DNA of 63,595 bases, counting the filler, from Collodictyon triciliatum (Eukaryota): assembly GCA_043381765.1 (NCBI GenBank). It is 6 parts of 6 records of this genome, joined end to end, with 100 filler letters (N's around TTAATTAATTAA, not from the genome) between each part and the next. Parts side by side here need not be neighbours in the genome. Positions count along the whole stretch, not along the records: positions 35,191 to 52,720 come from JBHJMP010001449.1; positions 52,821 to 57,304 come from JBHJMP010001536.1; positions 57,405 to 60,165 come from JBHJMP010001576.1; positions 60,266 to 63,595 come from JBHJMP010001610.1; 2 more parts are not named here. The stretch is one strand, 5' to 3'. Every line of letters begins with the position of its first letter. The stretch's first letter is position 1. The position numbers and the translations under genes were made by a program. A model generated the notes under the pieces. That model was not told where the DNA came from. It searched no databases and saw only the letters and a program-made list of their open reading frames with translations. Positions 48,901-61,538 of the stretch are shown one piece after another.

Positions 48901-50480
48901 GTCCAATATGCGGCCGGGTGTTGCTACGATTATATCCGGTCTCGACCTCAGTTCTGCCTCCTGGACTTTCCCGGACAATCCACCTACAGAACAAGAAAGT
49001 GAGAATATGATTAACATGATGAGATTCACGCAAAAGAGTTTTTTTTTCTTGGTCTGTTACTCAGCATGTTGTGGCAGGGTTTACATATGAGAGAGAGAAT
49101 AATGTCATGAGCATGATGTTAAACAAAAAGAACCTACCGACAACCAAGCAAGACCTTATATCTGTGTGCTTTGCCAGGTTTTCACAGACAGAGTGGCACT
49201 GGGCGGCAAGTTCTCGGGTCGGAAGCAAAACAAGAACGCGAGTGGTTGCGATTCTCTTGTTGCGATGCGAAAGCCTCTCGAGAATCGGTAGCAAAAAAGC
49301 AGCCGTTTTACCTGTGATTGAAAATAGCTTAGCTGGTGTGTAACTTATGTATAGGTATTGAGCAGACATTTATACAGCTACAATATATCATCATTTGTGG
49401 TATTGATTGAGGTACGTCTGGTGATTATTATTTATGTGGGATAATGTACCTGAGCCCGTCTGTGCACTTCCACACACGTCTCTTCCCAGCAAAATGACTG
49501 GAATAGCGCTAAGTTGAATTGCTGTAGGTTTCGTGTATGACAGATCCTCTATAGCTTTCAGAAGAGGCCTGTCGTTTTTCAAAAATGATTGAGTTTTAGC
49601 AAATTACTCACATAAGACGAAATGCAGGGATTGTTTAACAAGCGTAGAATTCAAGGAATGAATATATTTGTCACAAAAGAATGTATCTACCTTGAGAGAT
49701 TCAAGTCTTTGAATGACTTGTTATTTGCTTTTTCTAATGGGTTGGGAGCAAATTCTATCTATGTTTACAATAAATATATATAATTCTATAATCTCATATT
49801 GAAGGAAGATGGTAAAGGAGAGGGTCTTATAAATTGATTCACAAACTTTAGGCCCTGCTTCCTCTTCATCCATGCCATCATCTTCCTTGTCGGATGTCTT
49901 TTGCTTCTTTATGGCTTTGTTGGATGATGAATCAAACTCGCCAGATTCTTTGCTCTTATTTTCTTTGGTTCCATGCTCTTCTTCGCTTCCTTCATCATCG
50001 TTTTCGTCAACGTTTTCATCATCGCCTCCTTCGCTCTCAGCACTTCCATCATCACCATCCATCTCAGCATTTTCTTCATCTTCATCTTCACCTTCACCTT
50101 CACCTTCACCTTCACTCTCATCATTCTCTTCTTCATTTTCATCGCTCTCGAGTGACTGCGGATGCTTCCTTTTCCTCTGTTGGATTTTCTGTTCGATTGA
50201 CGTAGGTGTGTATGTTTCCTATGCGAATTAGATAATTTGTTCGAATTTTAGTCCATTATTTAGATGAAATATGCGTACGACTGATAAAAAAAAAAAGTAA
50301 GTGATTTATAATGTCTTTTGTATACTGCATGCATCTTAATTTTATTTATTTATCTTTCCGAGTGGCCCTTACAGGATTGTCGGTGAGAACAGCTCGACGA
50401 GCAGATGAGAAGTTCCAGGGAGACTTTATGTTTTTGCTCGTAGCATCGATGAGGTCCTCGAAGAACCCGAGTGTTGACCC
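45998..50480 (-). CDS. DDX27: DEAD-box RNA helicase DRS1/DDX27 (60S biogenesis), 5' end in gap
   Basis: [71 protein letters not shown]; acidic N-terminus; basic end FKRRK*. Confidence 0.92.
47990..48088. repeat. (AAACC)n microsatellite abutting a DDX27 splice acceptor
   Basis: Seen directly. Confidence 0.92.
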
Positions 50481-51217
50481 CTGCTGAGTCAAAAAAGGTG
50501 AGAGAGAAGACCGGGGAAAAAAGTTTGGGNNNNNNNNNNNNNNNNNNNNNNNNNNNNNNNNNNNNNNNNNNNNNNNNNNNNNNNNNNNNNNNNNNNNNNN
50601 NNNNNNNNNNNNNNNNNNNNNNNNNNNNNNNNNNNNNNNNNNNNNNNNNNNNNNNNNNNNNNNNNNNNNNNNNNNNNNNNNNNNNNNNNNNNNNNNNNNN
50701 NNNNNNNNNNNNNNNNNNNNNNNNNNNNNNNNNNNNNNNNNNNNNNNNNNNNNNNNNNNNNNNNNNNNNNNNNNNNNNNNNNNNNNNNNNNNNNNNNNNN
50801 NNNNNNNNNNNNNNNNNNNNNNNNNNNNNNNNNNNNNNNNNNNNNNNNNNNNNNNNNNNNNNNNNNNNNNNNNNNNNNNNNNNNNNNNNNNNNNNNNNNN
50901 NNNNNNNNNNNNNNNNNNNNNNNNNNNNNNNNNNNNNNNNNNNNNNNNNNNNNNNNTTTCCACGTTAAAGTAAATAAAACAGAAATCACAATCATTTCAA
51001 AATGTAGAATAAATAAAACACACGATAATATTTTTGGATAGTTCATTTTTATTTAAACTCTTACATTTACCCCTATTTACTTGCAGAAATATTGTTTGAT
51101 TACTTAATATAAATCCGATAGTGTTCTTCGTTTCCTGCCAAAGTTCTTGTATTATAATGTTCGGAGGGTTGATTTCATGTTTTGTTGACCGATTTCTTTC
51201 AGCTATCTATAATTCCT

Positions 51218-51600
51218 CTATTCTTCCGCCGTCTCAAAATCACCAGGAGCTTCTATAGATTCGATATACTCTAAGGTTGTTCTTGTCTTTTCGTCATTAT
51301 TCCCGTACAAGGTGGATTGGATGTCGTAGACCTTTCGAAAGTATTCCAATGCGTCCTTGTCACAAAATGAGTCATAATGCAATATTGCGATGTTGTAGGA
51401 GGCCACATCCAAGTCCTCTTTCAGAGAAGACGAAGACGACTGGGATAGAATGTCAGCTGCTCTCTTGTAAAAATGGATTGCCTCTTGATTCTTTTGCTTC
51501 CTTTTTTTAATATTCGCGATGTACTTGAGATTCTCTGATAGGGATATGTGTAAGGCCCCAAAGACTCTCTCACGGATGGCCAGTGATTTTTCTATGTGCC
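51218..51600 (-). CDS. TPR-repeat (kinesin-light-chain/TPR_12-like) coding segment; upstream exons unresolved
   Basis: EKSLAIRERVFGALH..EAIHFYKRA..YNIAILH..ALEYFRKVYDIQSTLYG. Confidence 0.65.
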
Positions 51601-52037
51601 TCAACGGTATATTATTGTGGAAAATAGGTTGGGACGAATCAAGTTTGATTGTTGCACAGCATCTCAACAATCACACGATTCAGGTGTGTGTGTGTGTTTG
51701 ATCGGAAGCTGCTTGGCACTGAGTGAAAATGACTGAAAAGGAGAATGAAAATAGAAGAAAAGAGAAAGAGAAAGAGAAAAGACAGAGAAAGAAAAAATGA
51801 AGGAAAAAATGAAGGAAAAAACAAAAGTAAGCGATAAGACAAATCATATAATAAAGGTAGATAATGATAAGGCAAATCACGCGAGTATAAGAAAAGGTAG
51901 AGCGACAAGTTGCAGATTCGCTCGCTAGGATATTTTTATTTTGAAAAGAGCAGGAAGTGAGCATCATATCTCCATAATTCAAAAAAGGCTGAAAAACTGT
52001 AGCACACTTAAACACTAAAAATACACTAGACTGCTGA

Positions 52038-52574
52038 ATGTCACAAAGTGGGACAAAGGGGACTGGGAAAGCCACTGGAAAAAAGAGGGGGTCGATTCTT
52101 AAGTCAACTTCGCGCGGCACTCTGGGCGATGAAAACCCTACATCGGATTTGAAAGACGGTCCCTCATCAGCCCGTTTGACGGTAACTCTGCTTTTCCTCT
52201 TCTCTCTTTATAACCAGTGAACAGTGTTATGACTGGAGCATATAATTAAATTTTCATTTTTTTGTCAATACAACAGTCTTGTGATGTGTGATGTGTGATG
52301 TGTGATGTGTGATGTGTGATGTGTGATGTGTGATTCTGATATAATCACAATACATTCTTTTCATAAGTGACTAAATTGCTCATATATCTTAACTTCACCT
52401 TTTTCAAGTAAAGAACATTCAAGGCATCATTTATTTAACCGTTTTAAATTATGGAATGATTTGGCTCAAAAGGAACCATCTCCGACAATATCACAGACAA
52501 AGCGTGATTTGGGTGCGGCTTCATCGTCATCTGCTAGAAATATTGGGCTCGCCGAATCAGAATCTCATATAGCT
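52038..52574 (+). CDS. 5' two exons of a hypothetical protein, truncated at block end
   Basis: MSQSGTKG..SARLT|gtaact..aag|EPSPTIS..SHIA|gtaata in phase. Confidence 0.5.
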
Positions 52575-52720
52575 GTAATACATTTATATATATAAAAATT
52601 AAAAATTAAAAATTAAAAATAAAAAACAAAAAACAAAAAACAAAAAACAAAAAACAAAAAACAAAAAACAAAAAACAAAAAACAAAAAAATAAAAAACAA
52701 AAAAATAAAAAACAAAAAAA

Positions 52721-52820
52721 NNNNNNNNNNNNNNNNNNNNNNNNNNNNNNNNNNNNNNNNNNNNTTAATTAATTAANNNNNNNNNNNNNNNNNNNNNNNN
52801 NNNNNNNNNNNNNNNNNNNN
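52721..52820. other. Artificial assembly spacer
   Basis: N44-TTAATTAATTAA-N44. Confidence 0.95.
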
Positions 52821-53061
52821 AAAAAAAGAAAAAAAAAAAAAAAAAAAAAAAAAAACAACAAAAACGAAACAAAAACGAAAAAAAACAAAAAAAAAAAAAA
52901 AAAAGGCGTAAAAAAAAAAAAAAAAAAAAAAAAGAGGGCTGAGCCTCTCAGTGCTTTTTGATCAACCCGATTATATCAGCAGCAAAGCCATACTGGCTCA
53001 CCTTTCCTTTAATGTCCTTTCCGAATTTTTAAAGAGCAAAAATCATTTTTAGTAAAGAGTT

Positions 53062-56000
53062 ATGATCCTCGTCGCTGGCCAGCTGAAAAGGGGATTCACT
53101 CCCAGTAAGATCTCGCTGATTTAGTTCAAGAAATCTTTGTAATCAAAATGCCGTTGCTTAATCCCTCGCTCATTTTTTTCAAAGCCTAGAAACTTGAATT
53201 ATGTAAATATAAACTAGCTAGGGCTTAACAATAGTTCCACAATATCTTTTAGGTATTTTTGTTGGGATATTGCTATTGCAAGTGGCGTGGTGTGATTACC
53301 TAATACACTCATTTGGTTCGCCATCATCAGTCACGTCGCTTGCTATAACCCCTGACAGCTCTAAAATCATATCTGGGAATGCAGAGAGTAAAATTCAAGT
53401 ATGGGATATCTACAGTGGCAATTTGCTGCAAACTTTGACGGGTATGAATCAAAACATCACAAGCCTTGTTGTTACCCCCGACGGGAACAGACTAGTATCA
53501 TACAGTGGCGATGGAACCATAGGAATCTGGAATATTGCTAGTGGCTCTTTAACTCGTGCAGTCAAGTTCTTTATGGGGTTTGATGTTTGTATGACATTAA
53601 CACCTGATGGTGCAAAAATTGTGGTCGGGAGCTCTAATGATTACAAAGTTAAAATATTTGCTTTCTCTAATGTGTCATTGATATCATCACTGTCGGGTCA
53701 TACAAGCAGCGTAAATAGTGTCACAATTACCCCTGACGGCTCGAAAATTGTTTCTGGGAGCTCCGATAAGACAATCAAGATTTGGAAACTTTCTGATGGA
53801 GCATTAAGTCGTAGTTTAATGGGGCATGAAGGAAGTATTGAAAGCGTCGCAGTTACTCCGGACGGTTCGAAAATTCTTTCCGGTAGCCAAGACAAGACAA
53901 TCAAAATATGGAGCATGTCTGATGGGGTGCTCCTGAAAACTCTACATGGGCACACTGGATACGTATTAAGCGTAGCAATTCACCTTGATGAATCTTTTAT
54001 CGTTTCCGGAAGTGATGATAAAACGATTAAAATATGGGACTTATCTACTGGTGTTTTACTTGATACAATTTTTGGACACACCGACTCGGTAAATATGATT
54101 GCTATTCCACTAGATGGAATGACAGTTGTATCTGGAAGCCTTGATGAAACCATCAAGATTTGGAGTATCATTAATGGATCGCTAGTTCGCACCATAGAGG
54201 GTCACGCAACTACTATATTATCTCTTGCAATTAATGCTAATGAAACAATACTTGTGACAGGAGGGCAAGATAAAACGGTCAAAATATGGGACCTCGCCAC
54301 AGGTGTTATGACATATACTTTACTCGGGCACACCGGGTCTGTAAATTCATTGGCAATCACACCTGACGACACTAAAATTGTCTCTGGAAGCGATGACAAA
54401 ACAGTCAAAATATGGAGTCTTATTTCTAAAAGCCTCATTCGGACCCTTGTAGGCCACATAGAGTCAGTAATGTGTGTGTATATCTTTCTTGACGGCTCAA
54501 TGATAGCCTCAGGAGGATGGGACACAAATATAACACTCTGGAATTTAAGTGATGGCACCATTTCTAGATCGTGGAAAGCGCATACCAGTGCTATAATGAG
54601 CATAAATGTATCGCAGGACGGGGAAAAACTTGTATCTGGAAGCATAGACACCACGTTTCGAGTTTGGGAGCTAGCCAATAACGCCCTTTCTTTTGTTCGC
54701 TCAAACAATGGCTTCCCAGTATACAGTGTTAGTATGACTCTTGATAAAAACTTCATCATAGTCGGTGGGGGTGGGGGAACCATCAAAATATGGGATATTT
54801 CAAAACAATCGATCACCCAGGAATTATTTGGCCACTCCAATTTCGTCACTAGCATTCGTTTGACCTCTGACGGGTTGGGTGTGGTATCAGGCAGTGCAGA
54901 CGGTACAATTAGACTATGGAATTTCGTGGACGGGTCTGCAATTAGCATTCGTATCGGTCATAGAGGCGGAGTAAGTGACGTGGCCCTTGCACAAAATGCG
55001 AATAAGATTTTATCAGTGAGTTATGATGAAACAGTTAAGCTTTGGGATCTAAAAGAAAACGAAATCATTCATAAATTTACAGCGTACGTGAATGATCTAG
55101 TGGCAGTTATTTATTCTCATGATGATTCGCTGCTCATTACAGCTAGTTTTGATAATCAATTCATCAAAGTATGGGATGCAGAAAATCTGCTGGTATCTAA
55201 ATTCATAAATGCAATACCTAAGGGTATGACATGCTTAGTGCTTACAAAAGACAACACCATTGTGATAGCAGGTGGGGCATATGGCACCATATCAGCATTT
55301 TTCGTATCCAGCGGGACAACTGCTTTTAGTATCACAGACGCTGAAAACGATAAGACGATAAAGACACTCATATTGACACCAGACAACTCAAAGCTCATTT
55401 CTGGAGGAGAGAGTACTAATATTAAAATATGGAGCATGTGGAATGATAGCTTGCCTCTTGTGTTAATCGGCCATTCAAATACTGTCTCCAGTTTGGCTGT
55501 TGTATCAAACGGCTCCGTGCTTGTGTCAGGTAGTTACGACCGCACTATTAAAATATGGTCCATTGATGAGGGAGTCATAAAAAAAAGTATAGTTGGACAC
55601 GAAGATGCCGTACTTTCAGTGGCAATTACACCAGACACATCCTATATTGTATCCAGTAGCTCTGATCGCAATGTCAAAATTTGGAATTTCAATACATATA
55701 TGTTAGCTCGTATAATCTCTGGAAATTCAAACTCTGTAAACAAGATAGTGTTATCTGTTGACGGTTCAAATATCATAGGGGCCCTAGCCGATTCACTCAT
55801 AAAAGTATGGGATTTTTCTGGAGAAGTCATTCGTATCATGTCTGGGCATCAAGGCAGTGTACATACGTTAGGCATATCACACAAAGGTTCGAGGATAGCA
55901 TCCGGTGGGGCAGATGGAAATGTAGTTGAGTGGGACATATCCACAATTTGTGAACCTGGATACTATTACGATAAGTTTTCAAATCTATGTAATAAGTGTG

Positions 56001-57304
56001 CACAAGGTTACTTCAATCCATGGAAGGGACAATATTCGTGTACTCCCTGTCCATCAGGTACTTACAACTTAAAAATGGGTGCCATAGACGAAGGAGACTG
56101 CCTACCATGTATCGAAGGGACCTACAATCCATTCGTTGGACAATCAGAGTGCAATAAATGTTCGAAGGGAACATTTAATCCGAATACCCAGTCAACAATG
56201 TGGTATAAAGCATGTTCTGACTGCCCTAAAGGGTCGTACGGTGATGCTATTGGCATCAGTTTATGCCATTTTTGTCCTCCGGGAACATTTAATCCGTCAA
56301 CTCGGTCCATAAGCAACAATTCATGTACCCCATGTGAACCTGGTACGTACAATGCTGTGGAAGGCCAATTTATATGTATTGAATGTAAACCTGGATACAT
56401 ATCAACTGGACAAGGTAGCTCTTCATGCGAGCCGTGTACCCCAGGGACTTACGCTAGCTCATCAAAGTCAACTAAATGTACAGCTTGTCCAGAGGGGACA
56501 TTCAATCCTAGTATTGCATCTTCATCCTTGGAGAGCTGTCAGCCTTGCAATCAAGGGTATTACTCATCCACACCTGGAACTTCATTATGTAGTCCTTGCC
56601 CACCCGGAAAGTATAGCTCCAGCAAAAATCAAACTCAATGCACAGAGTGTCCTTCTGGAACTTACAACCCAAATAATGGCGCCACTTCAATTAACGATTG
56701 CATTATATGTCCAGCAGGTGCATTCAGCGATGACGAGAGAAATAAGTGCACATTATGTCCAGCTGGTACATATAATGGAAAAAATCAATCTCATGGCCTA
56801 GATAGCTGTAAAAATTGCCCGAGTGGATATTACAGCAACCAAGGAAGTTCTTTTTGCTCTCAATGCCCTTCAGGGTTTTACCAAATTCCCGAAGCAAAAC
56901 GGGACATATCATCCTGTGCAAAATGCAAAAAGGGAACATTTAATTCACAACCCGGGCGAACTGGGGATTCATCTTGCATAGAATGTCCCGTTGGTTCATT
57001 TGGAAACGAAACTGGTTTGGTATCTTGTATATCCTGCCCCGCAGGAACGGCAAATCCGAACAAAGGGTCAAGTGAGCCAAGCGTTTGCAAAGGATGTAAA
57101 CTAGGGTACTACAGTTTGGTGGGTAGTTCAATATGTATTGCATGTTCTTCAGGATACTACCAAGGAACGGATATGATGAAAGACCCTTCGTCATGCTTGA
57201 AATGTCCAACAGGAACATTCAACTCGCTGATTGGCTCATATGGCAACTCTTCGTGCATACAATGTCCGCCTGGTACGTATAATGATGAGGAAGGACAGCC
57301 GTCG
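53062..57304 (+). CDS. Signal-peptide protein with 21 WD40 repeats followed by tandem GCC2/GCC3 (ephrin-receptor-like) Cys-rich repeats; 3' truncated
   Basis: Proposed exon 1 53062-53104 (donor gtaaga) splices in phase to 53253, giving MILVAGQLKRGFTPSIFVGILLLQVAWC-DY; 21 counted GH..WD-type units to about 55937; then CxxCPxGTY/F repeats up to the spacer. Confidence 0.9.
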
Positions 57305-57404
57305 NNNNNNNNNNNNNNNNNNNNNNNNNNNNNNNNNNNNNNNNNNNNTTAATTAATTAANNNNNNNNNNNNNNNNNNNNNNNNNNNNNNNNNNNNNNNN
57401 NNNN
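57305..57404. other. Artificial assembly spacer
   Basis: N44-TTAATTAATTAA-N44. Confidence 0.95.
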
Positions 57405-57463
57405 GGATTGGAACGACTGCTGGCAAAATCGGACAAAGTTTTGCAACATAATATGCTATTTAC

Positions 57464-59914
57464 CTGCAGTAGACTATTTTCCAGTCTCTGAAATTGTTTG
57501 ACCATTATATCCTCCATTTGCTTTATATTAGTTATAAAAGTATAATAATTATACTAAAGGAAAAAATAATAATAATTTTTTTTTATTCTTCCTTTCAATT
57601 TTGTGCAGGATGGTGAAAAGAATAATAAAATTTAAAATAAAATTTGCCAGAGGGAAATAACTATCATAAAAATTGGTGTATTCCTTTCGTCATATATTCA
57701 TTTTTTTTAAACCTTAACAGAGTCCCCAATAAAAGTATCTGTTTGGTGAATTCGATTTTCGATTAGCCCAAACCTCTTCCTGATTTCACAGAATTGTAAA
57801 TCAACAGATGGGATAATTTCTTCAATTTCATTCTATGGTACAAACATACGATTTTTTTTTAATTAATGTTGTAGAATGACTTCAAAGTTGAACCTCCAAA
57901 CGAATTATACCATAATGAAAATTTTAATATATATAGGCCCCATTAAGGTAGAAAGAACGTCTGAAATTACACATCTATTTCGGATTTGAATCGTATTTTG
58001 TTCCCTGTTTCTCCCTTCGTGCTCTACTATATCATGGATCTTTTCTGACATTTCGTCCAACAAAACCTTAGATAAAAGTAAATATTATTAATCAATGGCT
58101 GATATGCTCTTAAATATATTCTTGATAACCTCACCTTGTAAACCTCTTCATTCTCCTTTACCAAGTCATTCAAATATTGAACTGCCTTTTGTAGTTTGTT
58201 AAAATTTTGCATGGTCTCTTCATCCTTATCTGAGACCATCTTCTTCACTTCTTCCAATATATCGGGTGGATCGTCTATCTGAATTTGTTGCTAATTGAAA
58301 TATTCAGTGACCCATTTTTTTTTTCACGCGCAGATAATACAACAAATGTTGCGAGAATTCATAGTGTTTCTAATGATTATTTTGTCAACCTGTTCGTAAA
58401 TAATATGCGTTTCCATCATTCCCGTTGATAAAATATATCCTGTCTCCCTTGTAGAAGGAAGCTTCGGACTAATAAGAAGTCAATTGACATAACTTCATGA
58501 TATTTGAATAATTTGTGGAGCAGTCTAAATTCAGTATGTGCCAAAAACAAACAAACAAACAAACAAACAAACAAACAAACAAAGAAACAAACAAAGAAAC
58601 AAAAAAAAAAACGAATCACAATAAAACTTTAATTGTGTTTAGTGTTGAACCATAATGCATAGTCACCTGAATAAGCGGGGTCTTTCGTGTCGTTGTAATT
58701 CGAACTCTTTTTCAAAATTGGAAATCCTTAGCCTTAAGTCATTCAAATCAGCATCCAAACTGTTGCGTACATATTTAATCTCTGACGTTATGGATTCCTT
58801 GAAGACTTTATTGTCATATTGTCGATCTTTTTCCCTCTATTGATATTAGTTTCCCTTATGAATAGATAGACACATAGACACACACATATAAATATATATA
58901 TATTTCGCCTCAAATGAATAGAAAATAGAGGTAATCCTGAATCCTCCATCATAATTAAAAGTAATATTCTATTAAAAATGATAACAAATAAAATTTACTC
59001 TGAAAAGGCATTACCTCGGTCATTTGTTGAAATTTATCGGATGTATCTCGGACACGGGTATTTATAACTGCCATGGTCTAGAACAATTGATAGACATAAT
59101 CACAATATATACATTCCATTTCAAGTTAAGACAACTCAATGAAAATTACATAATCAACTGGAGAGGGCTATCATAGAAATTGAATGCTAGGTTATCGATT
59201 ACATTCCCGTGCTGAACGATGGCATCTTCATTCACTTTGATGCGTTTTTTCAGCTCTTCTATTGATATGGTCGCTTCTTTCACTCTGATTTCAATATCAC
59301 CTTGCTTTTCCACATTTTTTCGAATAGCATCGAAGTCATTCTTCTGTTTTTCTATAACGACATCTGTGCTCTGACCCAAAAGAATATAAAAAGTTCAAAA
59401 AATTAAAATAAGCTACATAGGCTTACTTACACATGAAGGAAAACCAATATTTGATGCACAGTCATGTTAGTTAAGAGAATCATCATGCTTTACATATTTA
59501 CATTTTAACACAAAACCAAAGCTCATGAGTTCAAAGTATAAGGATTGGAACTGACCAAAAAGTTGTGTAAATAACTGATATATCAAATATGACAAACCTT
59601 TGATACTTCGTCCAATCGTAATATATCCGCCTGAATCTTGTCTCGCATGAGATGAACATCGAGAATCTTCGAGGATGATAAATGCCAGTTACTAATTCTT
59701 AAACGAGGGTAAATGTGCATCATCAAGGAAATGAGATGGATAATAAAGATAATTTGTAAATAAAAGTAAAAAAAATCAAAAAACAAGAAGCTAAGAGAAA
59801 AATGAGCGGTCACCATACCCCTGTCTTTAGCAACTCTTCAGCAGCTTTGGTTTGAGACAAAGCCACCTCTAATCGAACTTCGCTATCGACGAGTCGCATT
59901 TGGTTTGAATGCAA
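57464..59914 (-). CDS. Internal exons of a coiled-coil hypothetical protein (both ends missing)
   Basis: Exons with GT-AG borders: SEVRLEVALSQTKAAEELLKTG|ILDVHLMRDKIQADILRLDEVSK|STDVVIEKQKNDF..|TMAVINTRV..|REKDRQYDNK.. Confidence 0.65.
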
Positions 59915-60165
59915 CTAATGAGAGGGTTATATACTATCGATAAGAAATATGAAGCCAAACAACCAAAGCATTTATCACCTAGGAAAATTGAAGTAATTCT
60001 GCAATATTGCATCAAGGTGTCTTCAGTATTGAACTAAAGCTGATAAAGTTAAATTTTTTTTAAAGCAAAATAAAAAATAGAAAATAAAAAATAAAAAATA
60101 AAAAATAGAAAATAAAAAATAAAAAATAAAAAATAGAAAATAAAAAATAGAAAATAAAAAATAGA

Positions 60166-60265
60166 NNNNNNNNNNNNNNNNNNNNNNNNNNNNNNNNNNN
60201 NNNNNNNNNTTAATTAATTAANNNNNNNNNNNNNNNNNNNNNNNNNNNNNNNNNNNNNNNNNNNN
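60166..60265. other. Artificial assembly spacer
   Basis: N44-TTAATTAATTAA-N44. Confidence 0.95.
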
Positions 60266-61538
60266 TTGTTTGTTTGTTTGTTTGTTTGTTTGTTTGTTTG
60301 TTTGTTTGTTTGTTTGTTTGTTTGTTTGTTTGTTTGTTTGTTTTGTTTGTTTGTTTGTTTGTTTTGATTTTGCAATCGAGTACGTGTCCCACTTGATGGC
60401 TTCAGGCAAGGCCTGCTCGATTTTGATCGGCTTGTCGAGTAATATGGCGGATTAATTAGTCGCTGAGCTCACGGGACAAATGCTGTTCAGATTCTTGGAA
60501 TGGATTTCGGAAACAAAAATTGGTGTATAAATATAGTGAACGTGAACAACAAAATGCGTTTAAAAAACATTTCATATGTCCTATTTCCATATATAGAAAA
60601 CCCATGATAAACATCTGGGATTAAAGTCGTCTTGATTTGGAACCAGTTCGGAGCATGGCGTGTGTGATGGTGTGATTGCGCAGGAGATGCGGGGATGTCT
60701 GTTGACCGCTTATTTTTGCAAGACAATGTAAAACAATCGTTGGATTTACATGAAACATTGCATGGAATCATCGGCAAACCCTTCGAAACTTCCCAATGCG
60801 AAAAATGTCTGTATACGACTGGTTCCCAGATATAGAAAAACTAGATATCGACGGCTGGGGCGATAGAGGGCTTCGACTCAGTATCTGCCGAGTTATTAGG
60901 CAGGGTGTTTGTGGTATTTTTGGGGGGTTCTTTTTTATCGCATGAAATCATCTGGGATTGAGTGAGGGAGGATGAGGGCGTAGTCTCTGAAGCTATTGGT
61001 AGATTCGTTCGTTACTAATTTCTTGCTCTAGCTTGATTTGCCAACATCCGAGGTATAGGATTCAATAAGAAAAAAAGACAATGATTAAAGATGACTTACC
61101 ACATATATAATGGCGCATTTTTTTGAGTAGTTGAACATAAGAATTATATAATTACATCATCATTAACGCCGAATTCTTCATGAGTCGGAGAACGGCTATC
61201 TCTGATGGGCTAATTTGTCATTTTTATCATTATCATCATTACTTACCAAAATGGGTTCATTATTCAGGTATAGGAAGGTTCAAAATTCTATCAATACACC
61301 AAGGCTATCTCAGATAATCAGAAAAGACGAGGATTCTGTGGAATAGAATTGAAAACCTCTTCCTCATTGTTGGAACTGTTTCTGTGAAATACAACTATCA
61401 ATTGATTTTTAGTCAGGCTTTTAATCGATTTCTTAATAATGATAACAATAATGATGATGAAAATAACAAATATATTATACAATACAGAGATTCGAATAGC
61501 TAGGTTAAGGATAATTAAGTGTAACTATGGACTTACTT

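Noticed and set aside
60480-61060. S/P-rich minus-strand segment as a gene or LINE ORF1
   Set aside because: Interrupted by stops with no diagnostic motif; cannot be supported
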